In this document: positions 30,255 through 41,530 of the stretch, piece by piece | How the letters are laid out: the number at the start of each line of letters is the position of its first letter | Position numbering within the stretch: the stretch's first letter is position 1 | From: Escherichia coli | GTDB lineage: Bacteria > Pseudomonadota > Gammaproteobacteria > Enterobacterales > Enterobacteriaceae | Reading direction: 5' to 3' (one strand) | Assembly (NCBI RefSeq): GCF_001677475.2 | Contig: NZ_CP012498.1 | Length of the DNA stretch: 64,000 bases | The notes under the pieces: model-generated | What the model was told of the DNA's origin: nothing | Seen by the model: only the letters and a program-made list of their open reading frames with translations | Databases searched by the model: none | Program-made: the position numbers and the translations under genes

Positions 30255-32408
30255 ATGAGTTTTAACGCAAAGGATATGACCCAGGGCGGTCAGATTGCGT
30301 CCATGCGTATCCGCATGTTCAGCCAGATCGCCAATATCATGCTTTACTGCCTGTTCATTTTTTTCTGGATCCTCGTTGGTCTGGTTTTATGGGTAAAACT
30401 AAGCTGGCAGACGTTTGTGAACGGCTGTATTTACTGGTGGTGCACCACGCTGGAAGGCATGCGGGATTTAATCAGGTCCCAGCCGGTCTATGAGATCCAG
30501 TATTACGGCAAAACCTTCCGGATGAACGCGGCTCAGGTACTGCATGATAAATATATGATCTGGTGCGGTGAGCAGCTATGGTCCGCATTCGTTCTGGCCA
30601 CTATTGTGGCCCTGGTTATCTGCCTGATCACCTTCTTTGTTGTCTCCTGGATTCTGGGGCGTCAGGGTAAACAACAGAGCGAAAATGAAGTCACAGGTGG
30701 TCGTCAGCTGACAGACAACCCGAAGGACGTTGCCCGGATGCTGAAAAAAGACGGCAAGGACTCCGATATCCGGATTGGCGACCTGCCGATTATCCGGGAT
30801 TCCGAAATCCAGAACTTCTGTCTGCACGGCACGGTCGGGGCCGGTAAGTCGGAAGTTATCCGTCGTCTGGCCAACTACGCCCGTCAGCGTGGTGATATGG
30901 TGGTGATTTATGACCGATCAGGGGAATTTGTTAAAAGTTACTATGACCCGTCCATTGATAAGATCCTGAATCCGCTGGATGCCCGCTGTGCCGCCTGGGA
31001 TTTGTGGAAGGAGTGCCTGACACAGCCGGATTTTGATAATACGGCAAATACCCTGATCCCGATGGGTACAAAAGAGGATCCGTTCTGGCAGGGTTCAGGA
31101 CGTACCATTTTTGCGGAAGCGGCGTACCTGATGCGCAATGACCCCAACCGCAGCTACAGCAAACTGGTGGACACACTGCTTTCCATCAAAATTGAAAAAC
31201 TGCGTACCTTCCTGCGTAATTCACCTGCGGCCAACCTGGTGGAAGAGAAAATCGAGAAAACGGCGATTTCCATCCGTGCAGTGCTGACCAACTACGTGAA
31301 AGCCATCCGTTACCTGCAGGGGATTGAGCATAACGGTGAGCCCTTCACCATCCGTGACTGGATGCGTGGTGTCCGGGAAGATCAGAAAAACGGCTGGCTG
31401 TTTATCTCGTCGAACGCCGACACCCATGCTTCCCTGAAACCGGTGATCTCCATGTGGCTGTCCATTGCCATTCGTGGGCTGCTGGCAATGGGAGAAAACC
31501 GTAACCGTCGTGTGTGGTTTTTCTGTGATGAGTTACCCACGTTACACAAATTGCCGGACCTGGTGGAGATCCTGCCGGAAGCCCGTAAGTTCGGTGGCTG
31601 TTATGTGTTTGGTATCCAGTCCTATGCCCAGCTGGAAGATATCTACGGTGAGAAAGCGGCAGCCACGCTGTTTGACGTCATGAACACCCGTGCCTTTTTC
31701 CGTTCTCCCAGCCATAAGATTGCAGAGTTCGCTGCCGGTGAAATTGGTGAGAAAGAGCACCTGAAAGCCAGCGAGCAGTATTCCTACGGTGCTGACCCTG
31801 TACGTGACGGGGTATCGACCGGTAAGGATATGGAGCGCCAGACGCTGGTCAGTTATTCCGACATTCAGTCTCTGCCGGATCTGACCTGCTATGTCACCCT
31901 GCCCGGACCGTATCCGGCAGTAAAACTCTCACTGAAATATCAGGCACGACCGAAGGTTGCTCCGGAGTTTATTCCGCGTGATCTCAATCCGGAAATGGAG
32001 AACCGCCTGAGTGCCGTGCTTGCCGCAAGGGAAGCAGAAGGTCGCCAGATGGCCAGCCTCTTCGAACCGGATGTGCCGGAGGTCGTTTCCGGAGAGAACG
32101 TGACTCAGGGTGAACAGCCACAACAGCCAGTGTCTTCTGTCATCAATGATAAGAAGTCAGATGCAGGTGTGAGTGTTCCGGCAGGGGGGATCGCGCAGGA
32201 GCTGAAAATGAAACCGGAAGAAGAGATGGAACAGCAACTGCCACCCGGGATCAGTGAATCCGGTGAAGTGGTGGATATGGCCGTTTATGAGGCATGGCAA
32301 CGGGAGCAGAATCCGGATATCCAGCAGCAGATGCAGCGCCGTGAAGAGGTAAATATCAACGTGCACCGGGAGCGCGGGGAGGATGTTGAGCCGGGAGATG
32401 ATTTCTGA
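30255..32408 (+). CDS. traD: TraD, type IV coupling protein
   Basis: 717 aa, Walker A (GTVGAGKS), F TraD-like with Q/P-rich acidic C-terminus. Confidence 0.95.
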   Translation: MSFNAKDMTQGGQIASMRIRMFSQIANIMLYCLFIFFWILVGLVLWVKLSWQTFVNGCIYWWCTTLEGMRDLIRSQPVYEIQYYGKTFRMNAAQVLHDKYMIWCGEQLWSAFVLATIVALVICLITFFVVSWILGRQGKQQSENEVTGGRQLTDNPKDVARMLKKDGKDSDIRIGDLPIIRDSEIQNFCLHGTVGAGKSEVIRRLANYARQRGDMVVIYDRSGEFVKSYYDPSIDKILNPLDARCAAWDLWKECLTQPDFDNTANTLIPMGTKEDPFWQGSGRTIFAEAAYLMRNDPNRSYSKLVDTLLSIKIEKLRTFLRNSPAANLVEEKIEKTAISIRAVLTNYVKAIRYLQGIEHNGEPFTIRDWMRGVREDQKNGWLFISSNADTHASLKPVISMWLSIAIRGLLAMGENRNRRVWFFCDELPTLHKLPDLVEILPEARKFGGCYVFGIQSYAQLEDIYGEKAAATLFDVMNTRAFFRSPSHKIAEFAAGEIGEKEHLKASEQYSYGADPVRDGVSTGKDMERQTLVSYSDIQSLPDLTCYVTLPGPYPAVKLSLKYQARPKVAPEFIPRDLNPEMENRLSAVLAAREAEGRQMASLFEPDVPEVVSGENVTQGEQPQQPVSSVINDKKSDAGVSVPAGGIAQELKMKPEEEMEQQLPPGISESGEVVDMAVYEAWQREQNPDIQQQMQRREEVNINVHRERGEDVEPGDDF

Positions 32409-32416
32409 TGAACAGG

Positions 32417-32815
32417 TCAGCTCCAGTCTTCAATTCGCAGACCGTCCACACGTTCAAATTCCCGGGTGTTATTAGTCACAATAATCAGTCCCCGACTGCG
32501 GGCATGACCTGCGATCATTTGATCAAATGGCCTGACAGGGCGTCCCTGACGGGCAAGTTCTGCTCTTATCTGGCCGGTGTGTGTGGCTGCGGCAGCGTCG
32601 TAATCCAGAACATCAATGCGGGAAACAAATCCCTCGATCACAGCGAGATTGCGTTCAGGCATCTGGCTTTTTTCTGCACCATATATCAGCTCCATCAGGG
32701 TGACAGAGCTGATACACATTCTCCCCTGGTTCAGGTTAAAACGTTCTCTGACACTGGCGGGCTTGTTCTTTATTGTGAAAATGCAGATGTTGGTATCGAG
32801 CATAAACTTCAGCAT
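32417..32815 (-). CDS. vapC: VapC/MvpT PIN-domain toxin
   Basis: 132 aa MLKFMLDTNICIF..., matches Shigella virulence-plasmid MvpT/VapC as recalled. Confidence 0.9.
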   Translation of the reverse strand: MLKFMLDTNICIFTIKNKPASVRERFNLNQGRMCISSVTLMELIYGAEKSQMPERNLAVIEGFVSRIDVLDYDAAAATHTGQIRAELARQGRPVRPFDQMIAGHARSRGLIIVTNNTREFERVDGLRIEDWS

Positions 32816-33045
32816 CAGAATGACTCCCTTTCCTGCATGCCGGGCTGTTCCCTGTTATCCATAAAATCAGCGCTGACGCTGTTTCCGTCGAACCATTCAT
32901 CCCATGACTCTCCGGCTGGCGTAATGATACGGGTTCGTCCGACAGCAATCACTTCAACGCGTTTTACGTTTTCCGGCAATGCAACCGCTTTTGGCAGCCT
33001 GACCGCCTGGCTGCGGTTGCTGAGAAATACGGTGGTTTCCATCAT
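32815..33045 (-). CDS. vapB: VapB/MvpA antitoxin (AbrB/SpoVT-type)
   Basis: 76 aa METTVFLSNRSQAVRLPKAVALPENV...; overlaps vapC start by 1 nt. Confidence 0.85.
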   Translation of the reverse strand: MMETTVFLSNRSQAVRLPKAVALPENVKRVEVIAVGRTRIITPAGESWDEWFDGNSVSADFMDNREQPGMQERESF

Positions 33046-33123
33046 TTACCTCCTTACATGGATATGTCTTGCGCATATCCATTGTGGGATCGTTGTCGGG
33101 ATATGTCAAAGGGATATACGTTT

Positions 33124-36100
33124 ATGATGAGTATCGCGCAGGTCAGATCGGCCGGAAGTGCCGGTAACTATTATACCGACAAGGATAATTACTATGTGCT
33201 GGGCAGCATGGGGGAACGCTGGGCCGGCAGGGGGGCAGAGCAACTGGGGCTGCAGGGCAGTGTCGATAAGGATGTCTTTACCCGTCTTCTGGAGGGGAAA
33301 CTGCCGGACGGAGCGGATTTAAGCCGCATGCAGGATGGCAGTAACAGGCATCGTCCCGGTTACGACCTGACGTTCTCCGCCCCCAAAAGTGTCTCCATGA
33401 TGGCCATGCCAGGTGGCGATAAGCGCCTGATTGATGCACATAATCAGGCCGTGGATTTTGCTGTCCGTCAGGTGGAGGCGCTGGCCTCCACACGGGTGAT
33501 GACGGACGGACAGTCAGAAACGGTGCTGACCGGTAATCTGGTGATGGCACTGTTTAACCACGACACCAGTCGCGATCAGGAACCACAGTTACACACGCAT
33601 GCGGTGGTGGCTAATGTCACGCAGCATAACGGCGAGTGGAAGACACTGAGCAGTGACAAAGTGGGGAAAACGGGGTTCATTGAGAATGTGTACGCTAATC
33701 AGATTGCCTTTGGCAGGCTCTACCGGGAAAAACTGAAAGAGCAGGTTGAGGCGCTGGGCTATGAAACTGAAGTGGTTGGTAAGCACGGTATGTGGGAAAT
33801 GCCGGGCGTACCGGTGGAGGCCTTTTCCGGACGCTCGCAGGCTATCCGGGAGGCCGTCGGGGAAGACGCCTCGCTGAAATCCCGGGATGTGGCGGCACTG
33901 GATACGCGAAAATCCAAACAGCACGTCGATCCTGAAGTCAGAATGGCTGAATGGATGCAGACGCTGAAGGAAACCGGGTTCGACATCCGGGCATATCGTG
34001 ACGCGGCGGATCAGCGTGCGGAGAGCCGCATGCAGACGCCCGGGCCAGCTTCACAGGACGGGCCGGATGTGCAGCAGGCGGTGACACAGGCCATTGCCGG
34101 ATTAAGTGAACGAAAAGTGCAGTTTACGTACACGGATGTGCTGGCCAGAACGGTCGGTATATTGCCGCCGGAAAATGGTGTGATTGAGCGGGCCCGTGCC
34201 GGTATCGATGAGGCCATCAGCCGTGAGAAGCTGATTCCCCTCGACCGTGAGAAGGGGCTGTTCACGTCCGGGATTCATGTGCTCGATGAGCTGTCAGTCC
34301 GGGCACTCAGTCGTGACATCATGAAACAGAACCGGGTGACTGTACATCCGGAGAAAAGTGTCCCCCGGACGACCGGTTACAGCGATGCTGTCAGCGTTCT
34401 GGCACAGGACCGTCCGTCGCTGGCCATTGTGTCCGGGCAGGGCGGTGCAGCCGGGCAGCGTGAGCGGGTGGCCGAGCTGGCAATGATGGCCCGGGAGCAG
34501 GGGCGGGAAGTGCAGATTATCGCCGCTGACCGTCGCTCGCAGATGAACCTGAAGCAGGATGAGCGGCTGTCCGGTGAGCTGATAACCGGGCGGCGTCAGC
34601 TGCTGGAGGGCATGGCCTTCACACCGGGAAGTACTGTTATCGTTGACCAGGGCGAAAAACTCTCCCTGAAAGAGACGTTAACCCTGCTGGACGGTGCCGC
34701 ACGTCATAACGTACAGGTCCTGATAAGCGACAGCGGACAGCGAACCGGTACAGGCAGTGCGCTGATGGCCATGAAAGATGCCGGGGTGAACACATATCGC
34801 TGGCAGGGGGGAGAGCAGCGACCGGCAACCATCATCAGTGAACCGGACCGGAATGTCCGCTATGCCCGGCTGGTCGGGGACTTTGCGGCCAGCGTGAAAG
34901 CCGGAGAAGAGAGCGTGGCACAGGTCAGCGGAGTACGGGAACAGGCCATACTGACACAGGCCATTCGCAGTGAGCTGAAAACACAGGGCGTGCTCGGACA
35001 CCCGGAGGTGACCATGACTGCACTGTCACCGGTCTGGCTGGACAGCCGGAGCCGTTATCTGCGGGATATGTATCGCCCGGGGATGGTGATGGAGCAGTGG
35101 AACCCGGAGACACGCAGTCATGACCGTTATGTGATAGACCGGGTGACGGCGCAGAGTCACAGCCTGACCCTGTGGGATGCGCAGGGCGAAACGCAGGTGG
35201 TGCGTATTTCCTCCCTGGACAGCAGCTGGTCGCTGTTCCGGCCGGAAAAAATACCGGTGGCAGAGGGCGAGCGTCTGAGGGTGACGGGAAAAATCCCCGG
35301 ACTCCGCATCTCCGGCGGTGACCGCCTGCAGGTGGCATCCGTCAGCGAGGACGCGATGACGGTTGTTGTGCCGGGGCGGGCTGAACCGGCCTCCCTGCCT
35401 GTTGGCTACTCACCGTTCACGGCACTGAAGCTGGAGAGCGGCTGGGTGGAAACGCCCGGGCATTCCGTCAGTGACAGTGCGACGGTGTTTGCCTCCGTCA
35501 CACAGATGGCAATGGACAACGCCACCCTGAACGGTCTGGCCCGCAGCGGTCGTGATGTCCGGCTGTATTCCTCACTGGATGAAACCCGTACTGCGGAAAA
35601 ACTTGCCCGCCATCCGTCCTTTACGGTGGTTTCTGAGCAGATAAAGGCGCGTGCCGGTGAGACATTGCTGGAAACCTCTATCCGTCTGCAGAAAGCCGGG
35701 CTTCACACGCCGGCACAGCAGGCCATTCATCTGGCCCTTCCGGTAATGGAAAGTAAAAACCTGGCTTTCAGCATGGTGGACCTGCTGACAGAGGCGAAGT
35801 CGTTTGCTGCAGAGGGAACCAGTTTTACTGACCTGGGACGGGAAATCAATGCGCAGATAAAACGCGGTGATTTACTGTATGTGGATGTGGCAAAAGGCTA
35901 TGGCACAGGACTGCTGGTTTCCCGTGCGTCGTATGAGGCAGAAAAGAGCATTCTTCGCCATATTCTCGAAGGTAAGGAGGCGGTCACGCCGCTGATGGAG
36001 AGAGTACCTGGCGAACTCATGGAGAAACTGACATCAGGACAGCGCGCCGCCACCCGCATGATACTGGAAACCACCGACCGTTTCACGGTGGTGCAGGGCT

Positions 36101-38394
36101 ATGCCGGTGTGGGTAAGACCACACAGTTCCGGGCGGTGATGTCAGCCGTGAACATGCTGCCGGAGAGTGAGCGTCCCCGTGTTGTGGGGCTGGGGCCCAC
36201 GCACCGTGCGGTCGGGGAGATGCGCAGTGCCGGCGTGGATGCACAGACACTGGCGTCCTTTCTGCATGACACGCAGCTGCAGCAGCGCAGCGGAGAAACG
36301 CCGGATTTCAGCAACACGCTGTTCCTGCTCGATGAGAGCTCTATGGTGGGCAATACCGACATGGCACGGGCATACGCCCTGATTGCGGCCGGTGGTGGTC
36401 GTGCTGTGGCCAGCGGTGACACGGACCAGCTGCAGGCCATCGCGCCCGGTCAGCCTTTCCGTCTCCAGCAGACGCGCAGTGCTGCCGATGTGGCCATCAT
36501 GAAGGAGATTGTGCGTCAGACGCCGGAACTGCGGGAGGCGGTATACAGCCTGATTAACCGGGATGTGGAAAGAGCATTGTCCGGGCTTGAGAGTGTGAAA
36601 CCGTCTCAGGTGCCACGTCAGGAGGGCGCCTGGGCACCGGAGCACTCCGTGACGGAGTTCAGTCACAGCCAGGAAGCGAAACTGGCAGAAGCGCAGCAGA
36701 AGGCGATGCTGAAAGGCGAGGCTTTTCCGGATGTCCCCATGACACTGTATGAAGCCATTGTCCGTGACTATACCGGCAGGACACCGGAAGCACGGGAGCA
36801 GACGCTGATTGTCACGCACCTGAATGAAGACCGGCGCGTGCTGAACAGCATGATTCATGATGCACGGGAAAAGGCCGGTGAGCTGGGAAAAGAGCAGGTC
36901 ATGGTGCCTGTCCTGAATACAGCGAATATACGCGACGGGGAACTGCGTCGTCTCTCCACCTGGGAGAATAACCCGGATGCCATTGTCCTGGTGGATAATG
37001 TGTATCACCGGATTGCCGGTATCAGCAGGGATGACGGGCTGATAACCCTGCAGGATACGGACGGTAACTCACGGCTGATTTCGCCCCGGGAGGCGGTGGC
37101 TGAAGGTGTCACACTGTACACCCCGGACAAAATCCGGGTGGGGACCGGTGACCGGATGCGCTTCACGAAGAGTGACCGGGAGCGCGGTTATGTGGCCAAC
37201 AGCGTCTGGACGGTGATGGCGGTTTCCGGTGACAGTGTCACGCTGTCGGACGGACAGCAGACGCGGGTGATTCGCCCCGGTCAGGAGCGGGCAGAGCAAC
37301 ATATTGACCTGGCCTATGCCATCACCGCCCACGGTGCGCAGGGGGCAAGTGAAACCTTTGCCATCGCGCTTGAAGGCACGGAAGGTAACCGGAAACTGAT
37401 GGCAGGCTTTGAGTCAGCCTACGTGGCCCTGTCGCGTATGAAGCAGCATGTACAGGTGTACACCGATAACCGTCAGGGCTGGACGGATGCCATTAACAAT
37501 GCCGTACAGAAAGGAACAGCCCACGATGTGTTTGAACCGAAACCGGACCGGGAGGTCATGAATGCAGAGCGGCTGTTCAGTACGGCGCGGGAGCTGCGGG
37601 ATGTGGCGGCAGGCCGTGCCGTTCTTCGTCAGGCGGGGCTGGCCGGGGGAGACAGTCCTGCACGGTTTATTGCACCGGGGCGCAAATATCCGCAGCCGTA
37701 TGTGGCACTGCCGGCTTTTGACCGTAACGGCAGGTCAGCTGGTATCTGGCTGAACCCGCTGACCACGGATGACGGAAACGGGCTGCGGGGATTCAGTGGT
37801 GAAGGCCGGGTGAAGGGCAGTGAAGATGCACAGTTTGTGGCCCTGCAGGGCAGCCGTAACGGAGAGAGTCTGCTGGCTGATAACATGCAGGATGGCGTCC
37901 GGATTGCCCGTGATAACCCCGACAGCGGTGTGGTGGTGAGAATCGCCGGTGAAGGCCGTCCGTGGAATCCCGGTGCCATCACCGGTGGCCGCGTGTGGGG
38001 GGATATCCCGGACAACAGCGTCCAGCCGGGAGCCGGAAATGGCGAACCGGTCACGGCAGAGGTACTGGCACAGCGGCAGGCTGAAGAGGCTATCCGCCGT
38101 GAAACGGAACGCCGTGCGGATGAGATTGTCAGAAAAATGGCAGAGGAAAAACCTGACCAGCCGGATGACAAAACAGAGCAGGCTGTCAGGGAGATTGCCG
38201 GGCAGGAGCGTGACCGGGCTGTCACTTCTGAACGGGAAGCCGTACTGCCGGAGAGTGTGCTGCGTGAGCCTCAACGGGTGCAGGACGCTGTCCGGGAGGT
38301 TGCCCGGGAAAATCTGTTGCAGGAGCGACTGCAGCAGATGGAGCGGGATATGGTCCGTGACCTGCAGAAAGAGAAAACCCTGGGTGGAGACTGA
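33124..38394 (+). CDS. traI: TraI relaxase-helicase
   Basis: 1756 aa from MMSIAQVRSAGSAGNYYTDKDNYY...; relaxase plus helicase motifs (GYAGVGKT); F TraI-like. Confidence 0.95.
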   Translation: MMSIAQVRSAGSAGNYYTDKDNYYVLGSMGERWAGRGAEQLGLQGSVDKDVFTRLLEGKLPDGADLSRMQDGSNRHRPGYDLTFSAPKSVSMMAMPGGDKRLIDAHNQAVDFAVRQVEALASTRVMTDGQSETVLTGNLVMALFNHDTSRDQEPQLHTHAVVANVTQHNGEWKTLSSDKVGKTGFIENVYANQIAFGRLYREKLKEQVEALGYETEVVGKHGMWEMPGVPVEAFSGRSQAIREAVGEDASLKSRDVAALDTRKSKQHVDPEVRMAEWMQTLKETGFDIRAYRDAADQRAESRMQTPGPASQDGPDVQQAVTQAIAGLSERKVQFTYTDVLARTVGILPPENGVIERARAGIDEAISREKLIPLDREKGLFTSGIHVLDELSVRALSRDIMKQNRVTVHPEKSVPRTTGYSDAVSVLAQDRPSLAIVSGQGGAAGQRERVAELAMMAREQGREVQIIAADRRSQMNLKQDERLSGELITGRRQLLEGMAFTPGSTVIVDQGEKLSLKETLTLLDGAARHNVQVLISDSGQRTGTGSALMAMKDAGVNTYRWQGGEQRPATIISEPDRNVRYARLVGDFAASVKAGEESVAQVSGVREQAILTQAIRSELKTQGVLGHPEVTMTALSPVWLDSRSRYLRDMYRPGMVMEQWNPETRSHDRYVIDRVTAQSHSLTLWDAQGETQVVRISSLDSSWSLFRPEKIPVAEGERLRVTGKIPGLRISGGDRLQVASVSEDAMTVVVPGRAEPASLPVGYSPFTALKLESGWVETPGHSVSDSATVFASVTQMAMDNATLNGLARSGRDVRLYSSLDETRTAEKLARHPSFTVVSEQIKARAGETLLETSIRLQKAGLHTPAQQAIHLALPVMESKNLAFSMVDLLTEAKSFAAEGTSFTDLGREINAQIKRGDLLYVDVAKGYGTGLLVSRASYEAEKSILRHILEGKEAVTPLMERVPGELMEKLTSGQRAATRMILETTDRFTVVQGYAGVGKTTQFRAVMSAVNMLPESERPRVVGLGPTHRAVGEMRSAGVDAQTLASFLHDTQLQQRSGETPDFSNTLFLLDESSMVGNTDMARAYALIAAGGGRAVASGDTDQLQAIAPGQPFRLQQTRSAADVAIMKEIVRQTPELREAVYSLINRDVERALSGLESVKPSQVPRQEGAWAPEHSVTEFSHSQEAKLAEAQQKAMLKGEAFPDVPMTLYEAIVRDYTGRTPEAREQTLIVTHLNEDRRVLNSMIHDAREKAGELGKEQVMVPVLNTANIRDGELRRLSTWENNPDAIVLVDNVYHRIAGISRDDGLITLQDTDGNSRLISPREAVAEGVTLYTPDKIRVGTGDRMRFTKSDRERGYVANSVWTVMAVSGDSVTLSDGQQTRVIRPGQERAEQHIDLAYAITAHGAQGASETFAIALEGTEGNRKLMAGFESAYVALSRMKQHVQVYTDNRQGWTDAINNAVQKGTAHDVFEPKPDREVMNAERLFSTARELRDVAAGRAVLRQAGLAGGDSPARFIAPGRKYPQPYVALPAFDRNGRSAGIWLNPLTTDDGNGLRGFSGEGRVKGSEDAQFVALQGSRNGESLLADNMQDGVRIARDNPDSGVVVRIAGEGRPWNPGAITGGRVWGDIPDNSVQPGAGNGEPVTAEVLAQRQAEEAIRRETERRADEIVRKMAEEKPDQPDDKTEQAVREIAGQERDRAVTSEREAVLPESVLREPQRVQDAVREVARENLLQERLQQMERDMVRDLQKEKTLGGD

Positions 38395-38442
38395 TACTGT
38401 CGGCCCGGGCGTTTGTGTTAACCCCCTGAGGAGATTGCTGAT

Positions 38443-38874
38443 ATGGAAACCTTCCCTGACCCTGATGACATCCGGGGAAAAACAGCAGACATACTGAGCG
38501 CGTTATCCGTGGACAATATTCCTGAGCGTTATGGCTTTACGGCAGAGCTGGCATCGCTGAAAAACTGCATAAGCGAGGATGAATATTGCAACATGGAGTT
38601 TTACGAGACGGGGTGCGCCTTCCTGAAAGCTTTACTGAGAACCCGGCTGAGACTTAAAAAAACCGACCCCGCGCATCCGTTGCTGCCCGTGATATCTTCG
38701 TCGGTGGAAGAGCTCAGAACACAGCTTAAGGAAAATGAAGCTTACGTCCGCCTTTTAATCGGGATGGATGCGGTTTCCCGACGGGTTGGTGTGATGAATG
38801 TGTCTCTTCTCGGCCTTACCGCAGTGATGATACTGATTATCGGGGGAACTGTGCTGGCACATGTATGGTTTTAA
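38443..38874 (+). CDS. hypothetical protein between traI and traX (C-terminal TM)
   Basis: 143-aa ORF with C-terminal hydrophobic segment; no recognised domain. Confidence 0.45.
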   Translation: METFPDPDDIRGKTADILSALSVDNIPERYGFTAELASLKNCISEDEYCNMEFYETGCAFLKALLRTRLRLKKTDPAHPLLPVISSSVEELRTQLKENEAYVRLLIGMDAVSRRVGVMNVSLLGLTAVMILIIGGTVLAHVWF

Positions 38875-38895
38875 AGCTTCGTAAGGCGTGATGAT

Positions 38896-39633
38896 ATGGA
38901 GAATATGAATAACACGGTCGGTGTTGTGACCATGAAACCCCGGGAATGGCTGGAGCGCCTTCTTGTCTGGTCCCCCGGACAGCGGGATATCATCAAAACT
39001 GTGGCTCTGGTACTGATGGTGCTGGACCATGCAAACCGCATTCTGCATCTGGATCAGACGTGGATGTTTCTGGCCGGGCGGGGCGCGTTTCCGCTGTTTG
39101 CCCTGGTGTGGGGGGGGAATCTGTCCCGTCATGCGCATATCCGGCAGTCGGCCATTAACCGGCTGTGGGGATGGGCTGTGATTGCCCAGTTCGCGTATTA
39201 CGTTGCCGGCTTTCCCTGGTATGAAGGGAATATCCTGTTTGCCTTTGCGGTTGCGGCACAGATGCTGACGTGGTGTGAAACGCGCAGTTGGTGGCGTTTG
39301 GTGGGGGTCATATTGCTGCTGGCAGCGTGGCTGCCTTTGTCTGGCACCAGTTACGGCATTGCCGGGCTACTAATGCTGGCGGTCAGCCACAGGCTGTACA
39401 GGGAGAAAGACAGAACGGAACGTCTGGCGCTGGTTGCCTGCCTGCTGGCCGTGATTCCTGCGCTTAACCTCGCCACCAGTGATGCGGCGGCTGTAGCTGG
39501 CCTTGTGATGACGGTGCTGACCGTTGGTCTGGTGTCGTGTGCAGGGAAATCACTACCCCGTTTCTGGCCCGGGGATTTTTTCCCGATTTTCTATGCCTGT
39601 CATCTGGCTGTGCTGGGCGTTCTGGCACTGTGA
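38896..39633 (+). CDS. traX: TraX, pilin acetylase
   Basis: 245-aa polytopic membrane protein, F TraX-like (LVWSPGQRDIIKTVALVLMVLDH...). Confidence 0.9.
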   Translation: MENMNNTVGVVTMKPREWLERLLVWSPGQRDIIKTVALVLMVLDHANRILHLDQTWMFLAGRGAFPLFALVWGGNLSRHAHIRQSAINRLWGWAVIAQFAYYVAGFPWYEGNILFAFAVAAQMLTWCETRSWWRLVGVILLLAAWLPLSGTSYGIAGLLMLAVSHRLYREKDRTERLALVACLLAVIPALNLATSDAAAVAGLVMTVLTVGLVSCAGKSLPRFWPGDFFPIFYACHLAVLGVLAL

Positions 39634-39687
39634 CGGGTGTGGTATCTTTGACTGTAACAGGATTATTCGTCAGAGGCAGAACACAGC

Positions 39688-40248
39688 ATGACAGAGCAGA
39701 AGCGACCGGTACTGACACTGAAGCGGAAAACGGAAGGAGAGACGCCTGTCCGCAGCCGGAAAACCATCATCAATGTCACCACGCCACCAAAATGGAAGGT
39801 GAAAAAGCAGAAGCTGGCCGAGAAAGCGGCCCGGGAAGCAGAGCTGGCGGCAAAAAAAGCGCAGGCCAGGCAGGCGCTGTCCATTTATCTGACTCTGCCT
39901 TCACTGGATGAGGCCGTGAACACCCTGAAGCCCTGGTGGCCGGGATTATTTGACGGTGACACACCCCGGCTTCTGGCCTGCGGTATCCGTGACGTGTTAC
40001 TGGAAGACGTGGTGCAGCGGAATATCCCGCTCTCGCATAAAAAACTGCGCAGGGCGCTGAAGGCCATTACCCGTTCAGAAAGCTATCTGTGTGCCATGAA
40101 AGCCGGTGCCTGCCGGTATGACACGGAAGGGTATGTGACGGAGCATATTTCTCAGGAGGAGGAAGCGTATGCGGCAGCGCGTCTGGATAAAATCCGCCGC
40201 CAGAACCGGATAAAGGCAGAACTTCAGGCCGTGCTTGATGAGAAATAA
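39688..40248 (+). CDS. finO: FinO, FinP RNA chaperone (intact)
   Basis: 186 aa [20 protein letters not shown]..., full length with no IS interruption. Confidence 0.95.
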   Translation: MTEQKRPVLTLKRKTEGETPVRSRKTIINVTTPPKWKVKKQKLAEKAAREAELAAKKAQARQALSIYLTLPSLDEAVNTLKPWWPGLFDGDTPRLLACGIRDVLLEDVVQRNIPLSHKKLRRALKAITRSESYLCAMKAGACRYDTEGYVTEHISQEEEAYAAARLDKIRRQNRIKAELQAVLDEK

Positions 40249-40252
40249 AAAA

Positions 40253-40282
40253 AAGCCTCCATCAGAGAGAGGAGGCAGGGAA
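40253..40282 (+). terminator. hairpin after finO (gcctcc...ggaggc)
   Basis: A-run then gcctcc atcagagagag gaggc immediately after the finO stop. Confidence 0.4.
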
Positions 40283-40764
40283 ATAAGGCTTAAAAGGAAA
40301 TAACTTCCGTACCCGAAAGGAAGCCAGTCCACTGAATTATTTACCACAATAATACTGACGACTGAAAGGGAGGGACAGAAAAATGAATGGATTCAGAAAC
40401 AGTTCACGGAACGCTCAGGTCTGGCGCTGGCAGCGTGCCGGCGGGCTGCCTGCATAGCTCCCCGGACAGACTGGCAGCAGTTTGCCCGGAAAAGGGCTGA
40501 ACACTGCCACCGGCGCTGCCGGGGAAGGGTGTAACGAAAAAAGCAGCCTTCATTACTCCAGGAGTCAGAAGGCTGAATAATGCATGAGATTTACTTTTTT
40601 AATCTCCGGTCGGGCAGTATGACCGGACAATTCTGAGTAGCACAGAGTTTTTTCCGTATTAAGTCGTGATTTTATATTTTGTGATTTATTTCACAAAATA
40701 AGGTGTTATTCAATGTGTGCTGCAATATTCAGGATGTCTGAAATAAAGGAGCCATTTATTTGAT

Positions 40765-41238
40765 ATGGAGAATAATATGAGGAAATATATTCCACTGGTA
40801 TTATTTATCTTTTCATGGCCGGTATTGTCTGCAGATATTCATGGACGGGGTGTTCGTGTACTGGATGGTGATACCATCGAGGTAATGGACTTACTGAAGG
40901 CGGTGCGGATCAGGCTGGTAAATATTGATGCACCGGAAAAGAAACAGGATTATGGCCGCTGGTCGACAGACATGATGAAATCACTGGTTACAGGAAAAAC
41001 GGTTACCGTCACATATTTTCAGAGAGATCGTTATGGTCGTATTCTCGGGCAGGTTTATGCACCAGACGGAATGAATGTTAATCAGTTCATGGTCCGGGCC
41101 GGGGCTGCATGGGTATATGAGCAGTACAACACAGCTCCCGTGCTGCCTGTCCTTCAGAACGAAGCCAGACAACAAAAACGTGGGATCTGGCCAGATGCTG
41201 ATCCGGTTCCACCCTGGATATGGAGATACCGTAAATAA
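40765..41238 (+). CDS. nuc: secreted thermonuclease-family (SNase-like) endonuclease
   Basis: Signal peptide; VLDGDTIEV and NIDAPEK motifs typical of staphylococcal-nuclease homologues. Confidence 0.85.
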   Translation: MENNMRKYIPLVLFIFSWPVLSADIHGRGVRVLDGDTIEVMDLLKAVRIRLVNIDAPEKKQDYGRWSTDMMKSLVTGKTVTVTYFQRDRYGRILGQVYAPDGMNVNQFMVRAGAAWVYEQYNTAPVLPVLQNEARQQKRGIWPDADPVPPWIWRYRK

Positions 41239-41283
41239 AGCGATGGCAATCTTATCATTCATCTGTTCTCAGCGGGAATCAAA

Positions 41284-41493
41284 ATGGCGAAAACAAAACA
41301 GGAATGGCTGTATCAGTTACGGCGATGTTCATCAGTCAATATGCTGGAAAAAATTATTCATAAAAACAGAGACAGCTTATCGGGCAGTGAACGTGAATCA
41401 TTTAATTCAGCAGCAGACCACCGGTTAGCGGAATTAATCACCGGAAAGTTATATGACGGGATACCAAAAGAGATATGGAAATATGTAAGGTAA
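41284..41493 (+). CDS. hypothetical small protein
   Basis: 69-aa ORF, no recognised domain. Confidence 0.3.
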   Translation: MAKTKQEWLYQLRRCSSVNMLEKIIHKNRDSLSGSERESFNSAADHRLAELITGKLYDGIPKEIWKYVR

Positions 41494-41530
41494 TAATTCA
41501 GCATAGTTAATCACCAGGAGCAGATAAATA

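Noticed and set aside
32408..33127. 239-aa plus-strand ORF between traD and traI (trbH-like position and size)
   Set aside because: Entirely antisense to a well-supported vapBC pair with classic PIN and AbrB-type sequences; its translation is low-complexity and Cys/His-rich, looking non-coding
36142..37008. 288-aa minus-strand ORF inside traI
   Set aside because: Antisense to the traI helicase domain
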